64,000 nt of DNA, from NCBI RefSeq assembly GCF_009914755.1, contig NC_060936.1, one strand, 5' to 3'. This document shows positions 12,701 to 26,264 of the stretch, piece by piece; the first letter of the stretch is position 1, and each line of letters begins with the position of its first letter. This DNA is from the human T2T-CHM13v2.0 reference genome, Homo sapiens. The position numbers and the translations under genes were made by a program. The notes beneath the pieces were generated by a model that saw only the letters and a list, made by a program, of their open reading frames with translations, was not told where the DNA came from and ran no database searches.

Positions 12701-13034
12701 TAGACAAATGAGATAATGTTAAACTAAAGACTCCTGCATGGCAAAGGAAACAATCAATAGAGTGAAAAAACAATCTGTTGAATGGAAGAAAATATTTGCA
12801 AACTATTCCCCCGATATGTGACAAGAGACTAATATAAAGAACATATAAGAAACTCAAACAATGCAACAATTAAAATCATTCAAAATAAGCAATGAACATG
12901 AATAGACAATTATCAAAAGTGGCCATACAAATGGCAGACAGGCACATGAATAACGTTCAACATCACTAATCATCATGGAAATGTAAATCCAAACCACACA
13001 ATGAGATATCATTTTACCTCAATTAGAGTGGCTA

Positions 13035-13329
13035 TTTTTTTTTTTTTTTTGAGATTGAGTCTCTGTCACCCAGGCTGGAGTGCAGTGGCAAGACCTTGGC
13101 TAACTGCAACCTCCACCTCCTGGGTTCCAGCCATTCTCCTGCCTGAGCCTCCTGAGTAGCTGGGATTACAGGCACCTGCCACCACGCCCAGCTAATTTTT
13201 TGTATTTTCAGTAGAGACGGGTTTCACTGTGTTGGTCAGGTTGGTCTCGAACTCCTGACCTCAGGTGATCTGCCCGCCTTGGCCTCCCAAAGTGCTAGGA
13301 TTATAGGTATGAGCCACCACGTCCTACCC
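13035..13329 (-). mobile_element. AluSx-like, nested in L1 ORF2
   Basis: Full Alu; TSD tagagtggcta 13024-13034 / tagaatggcta 13330-13340. Confidence 0.95.
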
Positions 13330-13547
13330 TAGAATGGCTACTATTAAAAAGACAAAATATAATAGATGTTAACAAGGATGAAGAGAAAAGGGAACTCTTA
13401 TACACTGTTGGTGGGAATGTAAATTAGTACAGCTCTATGGGAAACAGTATGGAGATTTCTCAAAAAACTAAAAACAGAACTACCAGAAAATTCAGCAATC
13501 CCACTATATGGTATTTATCCAAAGAAAAGGAAACCATCATATCAAAG

Positions 13548-13690
13548 GTATATATATACACCATCATACCAAAGGTATATATATATATAGTATTATGTAT
13601 ATATATACTACATAATACTATATATATAGTATATATATATAGTGTGTGTGTGTGTGTATATATATATATAGTATTATATATATATAATAC
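13548..13690. repeat. Compound (TA)n/(TG)n microsatellite inside the L1 3' region
   Basis: TA and TG runs; the short unit accatcatatcaaaggtatata is duplicated at the left edge. Confidence 0.85.
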
Positions 13691-14719
13691 TATTTGGCCA
13701 TTAAAAAAAGGAACCATATCATTTGCAGCAAAATGGATGGAACTGAATGTTATTATGTTAAGTAAAATAAGCCAAGAACAGGAATACAAATATTGCATGT
13801 TCCCATGCATATGTAGGAATTAAAAATAGACAGCATGGAAGTAGAGACTGGAATGGTAGATACTGAAGGCTGAGAAGGGTGTATGGGTGGAAAGTGAGGA
13901 TAAAGAGAGGTTGGTTAATGGGCACAAACATATAGTTAGAAGAAATAAGTTCTAATGTTTGATAGCAGAGGAGGATGACGATAGTTAACAATAGAGTATT
14001 GGGTATTTCAAAATAACTAGAAGAGAGGACTTGAAATGGTCTCAACATATGGAAATAATAAAATACTGGAGGTGATGGCTTGATTGTTACACATCCTATG
14101 CGTGTAACAAAATGTTACATGGACCCCATGTAAATATACAAATATTATTTATCAACTAAAAACACCTCAAAATAATTATCCAAGTACACTATATGAAATA
14201 TATTGGCACCAACTATATTTTGTGAAACTTTTATGGTTATTAGGATTGAAATCAAATTTTGATGATTAGTTAAGCTGAGATTCTAAAATGACTAACTCCA
14301 CACTCAGCTATATCCAGGTAGAGCATTTTACATTCTGGACATCTTCTTTTCCTGATAAAGAAAAGCCCCAAAGTCTCCAGGTAATTGGCAGTTTATTTTT
14401 ATAAACAATGTCTACAAATAGGTGATAATTTAAATCTAGTTTATTTGGTATCATTGCATGAGAATTCACATCCTGTCCAGGAGACGCCTTAGTCCTGGCA
14501 TGACTTTCCATGGCATGATAGAGGTCCACATACTCTTTCTGACTCTGCCAAATTGGTTTTTCTCTCTCCAAAGAAATTAGTTCATAACACACAATTGAAA
14601 TTGTAGGATTCATCTTGAACCCTTGCGGTGGCAGTCTTGAAAAATCCCATCTTGGCTTGGCAGTTAAGTTACTGGCTTGAGGCTCTACATATGGTGCTAC
14701 TCCATGAAACATGACTTTT

Positions 14720-15069
<350 letters not shown>

Positions 15070-15229
15070 TAATAAAGATATTTTTGAAGTGTGATGAATT
15101 GATGATACATTAAAATATATATTTCGAGTCAGGTTGATTTATTCCACAACCATTCAGTAGACACTGTCCATATGCTAGTCACAGAACCAAATCTTGACTT
15201 CTACTCTCCAAGTAGAGTTTGCAGTGCAC

Positions 15230-15420
15230 CTGAACTGGTTTTGATTCCTCCTTGTATGAACTTTAGCAGCTTTAGATATTTCTTAATATCTTTAATCTCC
15301 AGTTTCCTCATTTATGAAATTAAAATATTATTACCTTATTCACAAGTGTTTTTTTAATTAGGTGAAATAATACTTGAAAATTCCTAGCATGTTGCAAAGT
15401 TAATCCATTCAATAAATGTG
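15230..15420 (+). mobile_element. MIR SINE
   Basis: 'ctccagtttcctcatttatgaaattaaaatattattacct' MIR core. Confidence 0.65.
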
Positions 15421-16694
15421 GGGGTTGTTGATGTTTGGAAATCGTCTTGAGTATAAATTCCAGATTTTTATCGTATGGTCTATGAAATTGGACTGTGTTA
15501 CATAGAAAGCAATTTGTTTTTTAATTTGTTACAAATTATTTAACTCATAGGTGGTATGTAGTTAACCAAGAGAGCTTTTTATGCAGGAACTAATGTAAGT
15601 AATTTAGAGGTATTACTCCCTGAATCTTTATGAGTTATATAAAATTGATCTCTGTCTTTTACAGATAAGAAAATTGAGTCTTAAGAAAATTCTGTTCCAC
15701 AGAGTTTCTCTTACCATTACACAAGACTGTTGTGATAACTAAGTGTGCTAGAGTAGCAAATATGTACAGCACAATGCTTAGAATATCATAGAAACTGGAA
15801 AAATATTTCTATATTTCTAACTTCTGTCTAGTAATAGTCTCAGAATTTTTTTTTTAATCTAGAAGTGTTTGGTCTGTATCCAGAGAAGCAATAAGTACCC
15901 ATAAGGTTTGCAAAGACATTTGATATCAAATAATGAGATTCATGACAAAAAACACTTTTACTTCAGTGTGGTACTAAAATATGTACACTTCTTTCAAGGG
16001 TCACACTTCTGAATCCTTAACTAATGCTACATCCCTAGGAGCTTAAAGATGTGAATCCTTAAGTTAGATAAAAAATAAAAAGGCAAAATTTATTACAAAA
16101 CATATTTGAACTACATTTTCCACTGGGATAAAGTTACGGGTTATTGTACAATTATAGTTTCTCCAGGCAGTAGGTCTGTAAACACAAGTTGTTTAGAGCA
16201 ACCAGAAACAAAAATCATATTTCAGTGGTATTTCAAGTAAAATTCCCCCTTCTCCTTCCCAACACTGTGAAAAAGGACTATGTCTTAAAGGAGAAATTTC
16301 AAATGCCACTGGAGACTTTTGAAATAGTGGAGGTTACATGAAGAGTGCTTTACCATAGGATCTTTAAACACAGGTCCTGAATGGTGACCACAGTATATAA
16401 ATGGAGAGATAGAGAATTAATTCTTCGTACAGTGGAGCAGAAAACTCACATCTGTTCTTTCTACAACCCAGTACACCCCATTTATTAATGCTGTTCTCTG
16501 CACTGTCAGGTCTAAGCAATTAACTTGCACAGACTGGCTTCTGTGGGGATAGATAGATGGTGTGTTTATCATGAGGAATATACTCGTTTTAGCTCCTTTA
16601 ATAGAGAAAAAGAAATAAGATGTCTCCTGTGTTCTGTCTAGACTGAGGACATTGTACACTTGCAATCATGGGGTAACAGAGATATTACAGCCAT

Positions 16695-16820
16695 GAGGAT
16701 ACCTCAGTTATCCTGACTTGATTATTACACATTCTATGCTTGTGTTGAAATATCACATGTATCCCATAAGTAGGTATAATTGTTGTGTATCCATAATAAT
16801 AAAAAATAAAAAATTAAAGT
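16695..16820 (+). mobile_element. Short L1MA 3'-end fragment
   Basis: 'gacttgattattacacattctatgc..aaatatcacatgtatcccataa' followed by an A-rich tail. Confidence 0.7.
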
Positions 16821-17349
16821 TGCAAAAAAGCCTTGGGAAATTTTAGCACCAAAGTAATATTCAAAATTTTAAGTAAGAGATATAAGTTTAGAAGGATTTT
16901 TAAAAAATCAACTAGGAATAGATCATTTTGAGTGACAGCCTATATAGTTATTTTAGTTTCTTGGTGAATGATTCATTTCTAAATACATTGGTTACCACCA
17001 TCACTAGGGGTATTTTTCTAAATATATTGGTTACCCACATCACTGAATCTGGAAAGCAGAAAAAAAAGAAAATGATTCTGTCATTGCCATTAAACATAGC
17101 AACAGGAATAGATATATATTCACATCTGCTCCTCCTCTGAGGTACTATTCTATTAGTTCCAATGGTTTTATAAATAAGATGATGGTGTATTTTGTATGGA
17201 TTCCAGGTTTCGTGGTCAGGAAAAATGGCATATAATCCTATTTTATCCTACATTTTCTATTTTATATTTCAGCTTTATTTTCTAGCTCTTCCACAGATAG
17301 AAATGTGTATTTCTTCCTAGTTACATTAATTTTGATTGAGAGACAAATG

Positions 17350-18410
17350 CACAAAGTTAGTCACTTTCTCTTTCTTCTAAAATACTTTTGTTCACAGGCT
17401 TCCACGAGATCACACAAATTCTTGTTTTCATTCTATTTCAGTAGTCATTCCTTCATCTCTGTGATGGAGCAGTCCAGGATACCAACATGGAGTAATCCAA
17501 GGCTCCAACCTCAGATCTCTTTTTTACCCACACTCACGGCTTTAAATATTATCTATATGCTGGTGGCTCCCAAATTTGTGAAACACATTTTGGGATTCTG
17601 CAAATTGCCCAATTAACATCTAGTTTACATGTAAAGTAAACACCTCACATTTGCTATACTCAAAATTAGACCCTTGATTCTTTCCCAATTCTTCCCCACC
17701 CCATAGCATAATCCTCTTCTCTTAGTGTTCCCAATTCCAGTAATTGGTCCATTCATTCACCCAGTGCTGACCTGGTAACCTTGAAAACATATTTCTTTTT
17801 TTTCTCTCATCTAATCTGTTATCAAAATCTCTTCAAAAAAGATCCCAAATCCTACTACTTCTTATTTATTTTGCCATCACCTTACCCACTTCGACCTATG
17901 CAATATCTCGATCAAATCACTTACCTATTCAAATTCTCCAGTGATCTCCTATCACATTTGGAATAAAATCCAAAAGGCAGCACATGATCTAATGTCCCAC
18001 ATGCCTCCAGTGACCTTAGAGTTTCTCTCCTACCACTCTCTCCTTACTTTCCCCGCAGAAGCCACACTGGCCTCTGCTTGCTCCTGCTTCAGGGCTTTTG
18101 CATCAGCTGTTTGCATTGCTTAGAATGATTTCTCACCACATAACTGTCCTGCTCATTCCCTCACTTTATTCCTATCTCTGTTAAAATGTCACCTCCTCAG
18201 GAAAACTTTTTCTAACCATCTTTCAGAAGTGTATCTCCATTATTTTTGACTTCTAAGCATTTCTCACTGACATTTTAAGTTCATTTGCTCATTGACTGTA
18301 CTTACATTAAAATATAAAAGAAGGAACTTTATTTCATTTCTTTACTATTTCAATGTACAGAATTATACCTGGTGTATATTAGTGCTCAATTAATATGTGT
18401 TAGATGAAAA
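17350..18410 (+). mobile_element. L2 LINE 3' portion
   Basis: Pyrimidine-rich L2 sequence (aaatgtcacctcctcaggaa..) ending 'cctggtgtatattagtgctcaattaatatgtgttagatgaa'. Confidence 0.75.
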
Positions 18411-19344
18411 AGTGTACAACGAGACTATTGTATCTGCAAAAATTTTATTTCCGAGAAGGCCTCTTTTCTGTCACGTAGCTTCATTAACAGTTAAAGTTTG
18501 GTTAATGTTTACTTACTGAGATTATTAACAATTAATAAAACGTGATTTATAAAGTATTCCAAGCTTAATTCTCTTAGTCTGTAGTGAAAAATATTTATAG
18601 TATTATGAATCTCTTTCATTTGGTGCTGTGTAGACATAGCCTGAAACTGATAATTTACCAAGCGCTATGAAGTTTTGTTGCTGGAGCAGATCGCGAACAA
18701 AGCTTCTGAGAATATAATTGGCCAGGTTGCCTTTGAAGCTTTTCAAACAATAAATAAAATACTATATGGCAGAGAGAAAGAGAACTATACGTAATAAAAA
18801 AACAGAATAGAGATTATTTGTAAAGGTTGGAAGACGTCATGTGTTCCACAATATTTGTTCATTGATTCCCTTCCTCAGTGCTTTCTAGAGTTTCTGATTT
18901 GAGGGGATAATTTACGTGCAATTTTTCTCTAAGTAAATGCGCTATCCTCTCCAACCGAGACTTAGGATTGTGTGCAACACAGCCAGTTTATACATAGAGA
19001 ATGTCGAAATGAAGCATGACTAAGAAGGAACTCTCTCCAGAAATATCTTGATAAACCCCATTGCTCCTTCCGCTGCATTTTGCTTTGTGACATTCATAAC
19101 TTAGTGGGAATTAATTTGTAAGACAAATTACATCCTGACAAATACAATAAATTTCTGTCTGGATGACTTGACAGAATATTGAACTACGTATTTGTTAGAA
19201 AGTAATATTAAAAATAAACCTTACCAATAAGTCCTATTTCTGTCTCATACTTTTTCTACTTCTTTTTTCTCAAACATGGATTGAGTTCATTAAGAAAACA
19301 CAAGAAATTTTAATAACTTCAAAACACATGAAGCAAAAAGGGAC

Positions 19345-20725
19345 ACCCTCTTGGCTCCAAAGATTCATGTCTATTCCACATGAAAATATATTCACCCCAT
19401 CTGTAGGTTCCCAAAAGCCTCAAACCATTCAGCATCAACTCAAGTCCAAAGTCTTGTTTAAGTCTTGTAAGCTCAAGAGTCCCAGATCTCATAGTGTAAA
19501 TCAGGTATGTGTGCAACTCTTAATCCATCATGGGGCAAAATTCCTCTCCATCTTTAGAGTTGCAAAACTAGAAATCAAGTTACCTGTTTCCAAAATATGA
19601 TGACAGGAAAGGCAAGGATAGTTGTTATGGATATTCCTACTCAAAAAGGGAGAAAATGAAAAAGAAGAAAGAAGTTATCAGTTTCAAGAATTTTGAAATC
19701 GCAGCAGGGAGATTCCATTAGGTTTCAAGGGCTGGGGATAATCCTCTACTTTGAACAGCTCTTTCCTGTGAGCTCACAGCTCATCCTCTGAAGCCATTCT
19801 TTTCGTAAAATGAGCAGTACATATTTGCAGATGAGTTGTTTTATGGGCCCGTTTCCTGACTATAGAATTTTGGAAGTTTAGCAGCCTTCTTTCATTCTAC
19901 CCACTCTGTGTCCCTTTTAGTCCAGTTTGTCAGTGCTTCTGCTGTTACAACATTCCCAGAATCTTGTGAATCTCAAATGTATGTCATAGATATTTATTCT
20001 ATTAGACAAGAGGCTCCTCCCCATATGTTAAACTGGATAATAATATCTCTTATTTTGGCTTCTTTTGAAAGACTAAAGAGGATCTATGGGTCAAGTCATA
20101 TGTCTAAACTCTTTAAAGAGCCTTCTCTGTAATTGAATACCGTGAACTTTGGATATTGCCAAGGCATTAGCAAAAGGTTATCCAGTCACACCCTTGGTTT
20201 TCACTCCAGAGCACATTTTCATGATGATGAGTTTCCGAATTTTTTATTCTTTTGCAATCTGTATTGGCTGAGAGTTTCCCAAATCATCAAGTCTTTCTTC
20301 TTCTTTTTTTTTTTTTTGCTTAACAGTTCTTTCTTCAATTTATTTCTTTCCTGTAGCATTTTACAACAAAAAGCAAGAAAAAAACAGACTGCACCTTCAA
20401 CATTTTGCTTGGAAACCTCTTCAGCTACACATGCAAGCTCATTGCTTTAAAGTTCTGCTTTCACACAACTGAAGAGCATAATTCAGCTAAGCTTTCTGCT
20501 TCTATGTAACAAGGATCACTTTTCCTTCAGTTTTCAATAATCTATTTCTAATTTCCTTCTGAGCACTCACCAGCAGAGACATTAACATTTGTATTTGTAC
20601 TAATTTTCTTTTTATGACAATGTATTTTTTCTCTAAGAAGATATAGGCTCTCTCTACCATGCTCCTTACTTTATTCTGAGCCCTCACCAGCAACAGCTTT
20701 AAGGCCCATATTGCTAGCAATAGTC
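19345..20725 (-). mobile_element. MaLR internal sequence (MLT1-int-like)
   Basis: Typical MaLR-int motifs in reverse ('cattcagcatcaactcaagtccaaagtc', 'tgagccctcaccagc', 'tatgtaacaaggatcactttt'). Confidence 0.7.
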
Positions 20726-20734
20726 CACACAAAA

Positions 20735-21016
20735 CAGCAGAAACAGATGCCAGACAGGAGAGATGCTAAGATGCTGGCTTGAAATGTAGAGAAAAGGACC
20801 ACAAGTCAAGGAATATAGGTGAACTGTAGGAGGTGAAAAAGACAAGGAAATGGATTCTCCCTTAGAACCTCCAGAAGAAATATAGGCTTGCTAATACCTT
20901 TATTTTAGCCCAGTGAAGCTGATCTTAGATGTGTGACCTTCTTCACTGTAAGATAAATTTGTATTAAGATATTATGTTTTTGCTAACTTATTATAGTAGC
21001 AGTAGACACCTAATAG
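20735..21016 (+). mobile_element. MLT1D/C-like LTR 3' part
   Basis: 'aaggaaatggattctcccttagaacctccagaag..ttttagcccagtga..ctgtaagataaatttgt'. Confidence 0.75.
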
Positions 21017-21189
21017 AGTTCATGTAACTGATTTTGTGTTCTATGTTTATTATTTCTTAGTATATATTTTTGTCCCTGACAGACCATCTAATTCCTAATA
21101 AATGATTCCCTTGAAGTGACCCCCTTATAGAATTTGAGGTGAGGGTTGTGAAAGAAGAAATAAAATAGAATAGTGATTTGTAAAGTAAT

Positions 21190-21410
21190 AGTATAGGTTC
21201 AAGGAGCAGGCTGCCTGTGTTGGAATCCCAAATCTACATTATTGCTATGTGACCATATAACTTTATTTAATTTCTCTATGCTTTAGTTTCTTTATATGTT
21301 AAATGATGATAATAATTATATCTACCTTGTGGGCTTGTTTTGAGTATAAATGAGATAATCTATGTAAAGTTTTGGCATAGATTGGACACACAGGAAAGTT
21401 TAGGTAATAT
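21190..21410 (+). mobile_element. MIR SINE
   Basis: 'ctctatgctttagtttctttatatgttaaatgatgataataa..tgagataatctatgtaaag'. Confidence 0.7.
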
Positions 21411-21980
21411 TTTTCTCCCATTTAGTACGTATATTTTTGGACTTAAATATTTTTTTTCACAGGATATAGCCATACGATCTGTTTCCCTGCACCAAGCTAG
21501 ATATATGAATTTTTACAAAGTGAAAATACAAATCAATAATATATAAAATTATTCCAGACCTGCTTTAGGTGGAGGAGACTGGAAAATAGACAGCATCTCA
21601 ATATCCAAAAGTGGGGGAAGATGTGGAACTCAGATGGGAAAAAACATCCAAGGGAGATTTAAATGATGAAGATAAATTTGAGGGATTTCCAAGACTTATC
21701 CCATCTTTTCCCCTGTCAAAAACATAGATCAAAAGCATTTCATTGGTAAGTGAACGTGTCCATACTTTCCAAGTTTGTAAGTATGTTAATCACATAGCAC
21801 ATAGCATAGGCATAAATCTAACCATTATGCATTCTAAAAAAAAGAGTGAACAACTCTTAAGTGTCAGATACTCTAAATTTGCTTTTATTTCCCCTAATTC
21901 AATGCTGTATCTTTTTTTGGTGTATTACAAGCCTACACAGAAAGTACTTGATAAACTCTACTTTTCTTATAGAATATAAC

Positions 21981-22200
21981 CAAGCCATCTTCTCATGTTA
22001 TCTCTTCCCCACTCAGCCTACTTTACAGCCATTAGAAATGAAGTTTCAGTCTCTGAATGTCATATTTTTTCAGGCCTCTAAGATTTAACACAAGCCATCT
22101 TCTCATGTTATCTCTTCCCCACTCAGCCTACTTTACAGCCATTAGAAATGAAGTTTCAGTCTCTGAATGTCATATTTTTTCAGGCCTCTAAGATTTAACA
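21981..22200. repeat. Perfect 110-bp tandem duplication
   Basis: 21981-22090 is identical to 22091-22200 (caagccatct...agatttaaca). Confidence 0.97.
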
Positions 22201-22214
22201 CTGTTCTTTTCCCT

Positions 22215-22586
22215 TCCAACGTGATTTTGCAACCACTTTACATATAGAGGTAGAACCCATTTCCTCTCTCCTAAATCTAATAGCCTTGTGTCTTGCGTTA
22301 GTCAATAGACACAGGTTGTTATACCTGTGAATAAACCTGGCCTAGTCTGCTGGAGTATGAGAGACTACATGAAACAGAGACTAATAATCTGAACTGAGGC
22401 TCTCCTGGACCAGCCGAATGATTTACCATCTGCATGTAGCTGTCTAAAAGGTTTAATCAAGTAACTCTGTCTCAGATCAATAGAAATAATTAGCTGATCC
22501 ATAAACTTATGAGCAATACAATCCCTTTTGTTTTAAACCACTAAATTTTGCAGTGGTTTGTTATGTAAAAATTACTAATAGATATG
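22215..22586 (+). mobile_element. MLT1H/F-like LTR
   Basis: Ends 'ttgttttaaaccactaaattttgcagtggtttgttatg'. Confidence 0.65.
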
Positions 22587-25291
22587 CCTGTCTATCTCAT
22601 TAGACTGTAAGTTTCTTTAAGACAAGGAGCATGTCAGATTCATATTGGTGCTGAAAATTGTCTTGTTCAATGTTGTACATATTTGTTTAGTTTTTATTTA
22701 ACTTTTGCATGCTAGTAATATTTTCTTGACCAATATTTTCTACTTCTGAAGTCATTTTTTATCATTACAAAACAACTTTTGGGGCGAATATTACCTTCTA
22801 TTTTCATTCAGACTGTGGTAGAATCTTGTCAGTTGTTTCTACTTTTTATCCTACAGTTAAAAATAAGTCACTCATTCAACATTTGCATAAACTTTCCTTG
22901 TGATAAATATATGTTTTTTCTCTGATTTTGGTCATTCTCTTTTCTGTTATAAAGACTATGATTGACTTTCTTCTCTGGCCACTTTATGCTACGCTAAGCT
23001 TTTAAAATATATTCAATTTCTTGCCTTGTATTTCTTATCTTGTCTACTTCACAGATATTATTTCTATTTATTTTCCTTTGCAGATGTCATGGTAAACAAT
23101 ATCACAAGTCTATTCTATCTTTCCCACTTCCTGATTTCTTCTCCTGCATTCTCAACACGTATTATTTCATTCTCTCTGAATCTGCCTGCAAACAGACCAG
23201 ATCATCTTCTAATGCCTTTTGAAAAATGTGTCTTCAAGGAAAATGTTTATCCCATACAGGATACCTGGGATCTGATTTTTATCTTTTAGCTATATTAGTC
23301 CTCTTATGATTTTTGTATGAGTTTTATTATCTGAATGCTTGCAGCTACATAAATTGGATCCTATTTCCCCATCCATTTCAAGACTGCTTTAAGGCTCACA
23401 CTCACTAAAAAAGAAAAGCTACATTACACAGCTACAACTTGAATATGCAGAGTCAGGTTCGTAGGAATTAAAGAGTCATGTAGCATTAACTATACAATAT
23501 AAAGTAGAGGAAAAACTTGTGGACATAATGTTCCATGTTGTCATTCTCTACTAAACTTTGTTCCTATTTGCCCCCTGCTGAAAGTAACATTAAGTGCAGT
23601 ATAAGTCATATTTATTAGTCAGTACATACAAAAATACTAAGAACTCATAGGCTATGGTCTCTATAATACCTGGAAAAATGGAAGAGTACAATCAACTATT
23701 CTTCATGTAATATTTGTATTATGAGGTTAAGTACCTAAGAGGACAGTTTGGATGCTACAAAATTTATCAGGGCCCTTAGAAAAATAAAGAAGAACAAAGT
23801 TTCTGTAGAGAATTACAGTGGCTCCTGTTGCCAAGAAAATCCTAGGAATAATTTTTATTGTAGCATCTTTTCACAGGAGGAACTATGTTTATGATTGTTG
23901 GGTCTCAGATTACCAGGGCATTATGATGGAAGGCACTATGGTGATGGTGGATGAAAAATGGCTGGCAGAGGCTCCAACTCCTTTTAGCTAATGAGAATAT
24001 CAGCAAAGATCTTGCAGGCTGGCTTTCACTTATGTTCTAGAGAGTAGATTAGGGGTCAGGATAAAAAGAAGCAGATGGTTGCTGGAATAGACTTCATGAT
24101 TCTCAGATAAAAACAGCTCTTATAACTTACTTTTTGTGGAGTAAATTATTTTAAAAAGTTATTTCTTTTGAGATTGCATTTGAGTTAAAAAACATTTTTT
24201 ACTTATCTGCTTCTCACTGGTACATAAGTGTAAAAAGTAATCAATACTTTAAACAGGGTAAATTTAAATTATAAAACAAAAATAATAAATTTAATTTGAG
24301 TTTATGCAAATCAAGATCAATATTCATTATTTTATTATTATGAAAATAACAAGTCAAATTCTAGGTAGAGAAAGAATGATAGGAAATAATGAAGATATTA
24401 TTTTTGTTTATTTCAGAGTTGAAAATATTACTGAGATCAGTACTGATGTCTAGGCAAAAAGAAGACTTCTATTATCTTTAAATCATAATGTATTAGCTTA
24501 AGCCTTCAAACTAAAATAACTCTGACGCAGATGAGCTGAGATGTAGCACTATTACTCCTAGTTAAAAGATGAAGCTGACATCATCACAATAACCTAAAAC
24601 TGAGAAAACAAAATTGGGAGTAAATGTTCTATGCTCTAAATAATGGTTAGTGCTTCTGAATTTCGACTACTTGGTGAAAAATTGGATGTCAGAGTGGCAC
24701 AACTTTGGGAGGACCTAAAAAAATTACAAAAAATGAAAATGTTTAGGCAGGAGACACATTTCTGTTTTTTGCTTCTTGTTTCTCTTGACCTCCAAGTCTT
24801 TCATGTCTTCATTCTTCATTCTCTCTTCCTCCTTTGCACACTTGGATCCTCTGGTGTTTGCAATCTTTTCAGCCCTCTCGTCAACACCTTCTCACCTACA
24901 GCAGGTTATTCTTGACTTACGTCTATTTTTTTTTCTTTTTGTAGCCTAATGGATGTGAGAGGGTAAATCTTTTTCTCTGCTCAGGGAATACATTTAAATT
25001 TTAGCAAGGGTTTTCTTGTAAAAAAAAAAAGTCAACTCAAGGAAGTGACTAGTTTGGCGATGGGAAGGAAGAGTTTTAGTCAGTGTCATGCAAGTAAGTG
25101 ACATTTTTGTTGTTGAAAGGTAAGGCCTTGAGATTTCTCTGAAATTATAAATCATTGAAGCAATTGCTGCACTTAAGTCAGATCAATGTTGCTTTTCCAA
25201 TGTTTTTAGGTGAATTTATCTCAGAGATATACAACAGAATCCTTTGGAATTCAGATAGTGTAAGGTCATAATGACGACTTACAATTTAGTA

Positions 25292-25787
25292 TAGTATTAA
25301 ACCTTGAACAACATGGAAGTTGAGTGTGCCAGTCCTCCACACAGTTGAAACTCTGCCTATAACTTTTGACTCCCCCAAAACTTAAACTACTAGTAGCCTA
25401 CTGTTGACTGGAAGCCTTACTGATAACATAAATAGTGAACACATATTTTGTATGGTATAAGTATTATGTACTATATTATTATAATAAAGTAAGCTAGAGA
25501 AGGAAAATGTTATTAAGAAAATCGTAAGAAAGGGAAAATCTGTTTACAATTTATTAAGCGGAAGTAGATCCTCATGAAGGTTTTCCTCTTCATCTTCATA
25601 TTGAGTCGGCTGAAGAGGAGGAGAAGAGGAGGGGTTGGTGTTGCTTTCAGGGGTGGCAGAGGCAGAAGTGGAGGAGGTGGAAAGGGAGACAAGAAAGAAA
25701 GTCACGCTTGGTGTAACTTTTATTGAAAAACAATGTGGCATAAGTGGACCTGTGCAGTTCAAACCTGTGCTGTTCAAGGGCCAACTG
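25292..25787 (-). mobile_element. Tigger2a-like non-autonomous DNA transposon
   Basis: Terminal inverted repeats (ccttgaacaacatg / tgctgttcaagggccaactg) flanked by TA. Confidence 0.85.
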
Positions 25788-25861
25788 TACACTAAGATCT
25801 TATTTGAAACCCATTGAAAAAGAACTCTACATGGCATATTCAAGTCTAAACAGGGACCCTA

Positions 25862-26264
<403 letters not shown>

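Larger units (their letters stand above)
6430..14158 (+). mobile_element. Near full-length old L1 (L1MA4-like), decayed, with nested insertions
   Basis: 5' 'cttcaagatggc' start, GC-rich 5'UTR, ORF1 remnant about 8450-9400, ORF2 endonuclease peptide (IIIGDFNTSLLALDRS..FSRIDHILG) 10123-10509, L1MA-type 3'UTR; degenerate TSD 6409-6427 vs 14159-14177 (15/19). Confidence 0.9.

Noticed and set aside
13437-13823. Y/I-rich ORFs on both strands
   Set aside because: Translation of a TA microsatellite inside L1
14308-14712. 134-aa minus-strand ORF in unique DNA
   Set aside because: No recognisable domain, no supporting neighbouring frames or splice structure, and its start lies in an Alu TSD; compatible with chance
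18655-18792. Protein-like frame FTKRYEVLLLEQIANKASENIIGQVAFEAF
   Set aside because: Short, bounded by stops, and no splice sites fit the frame
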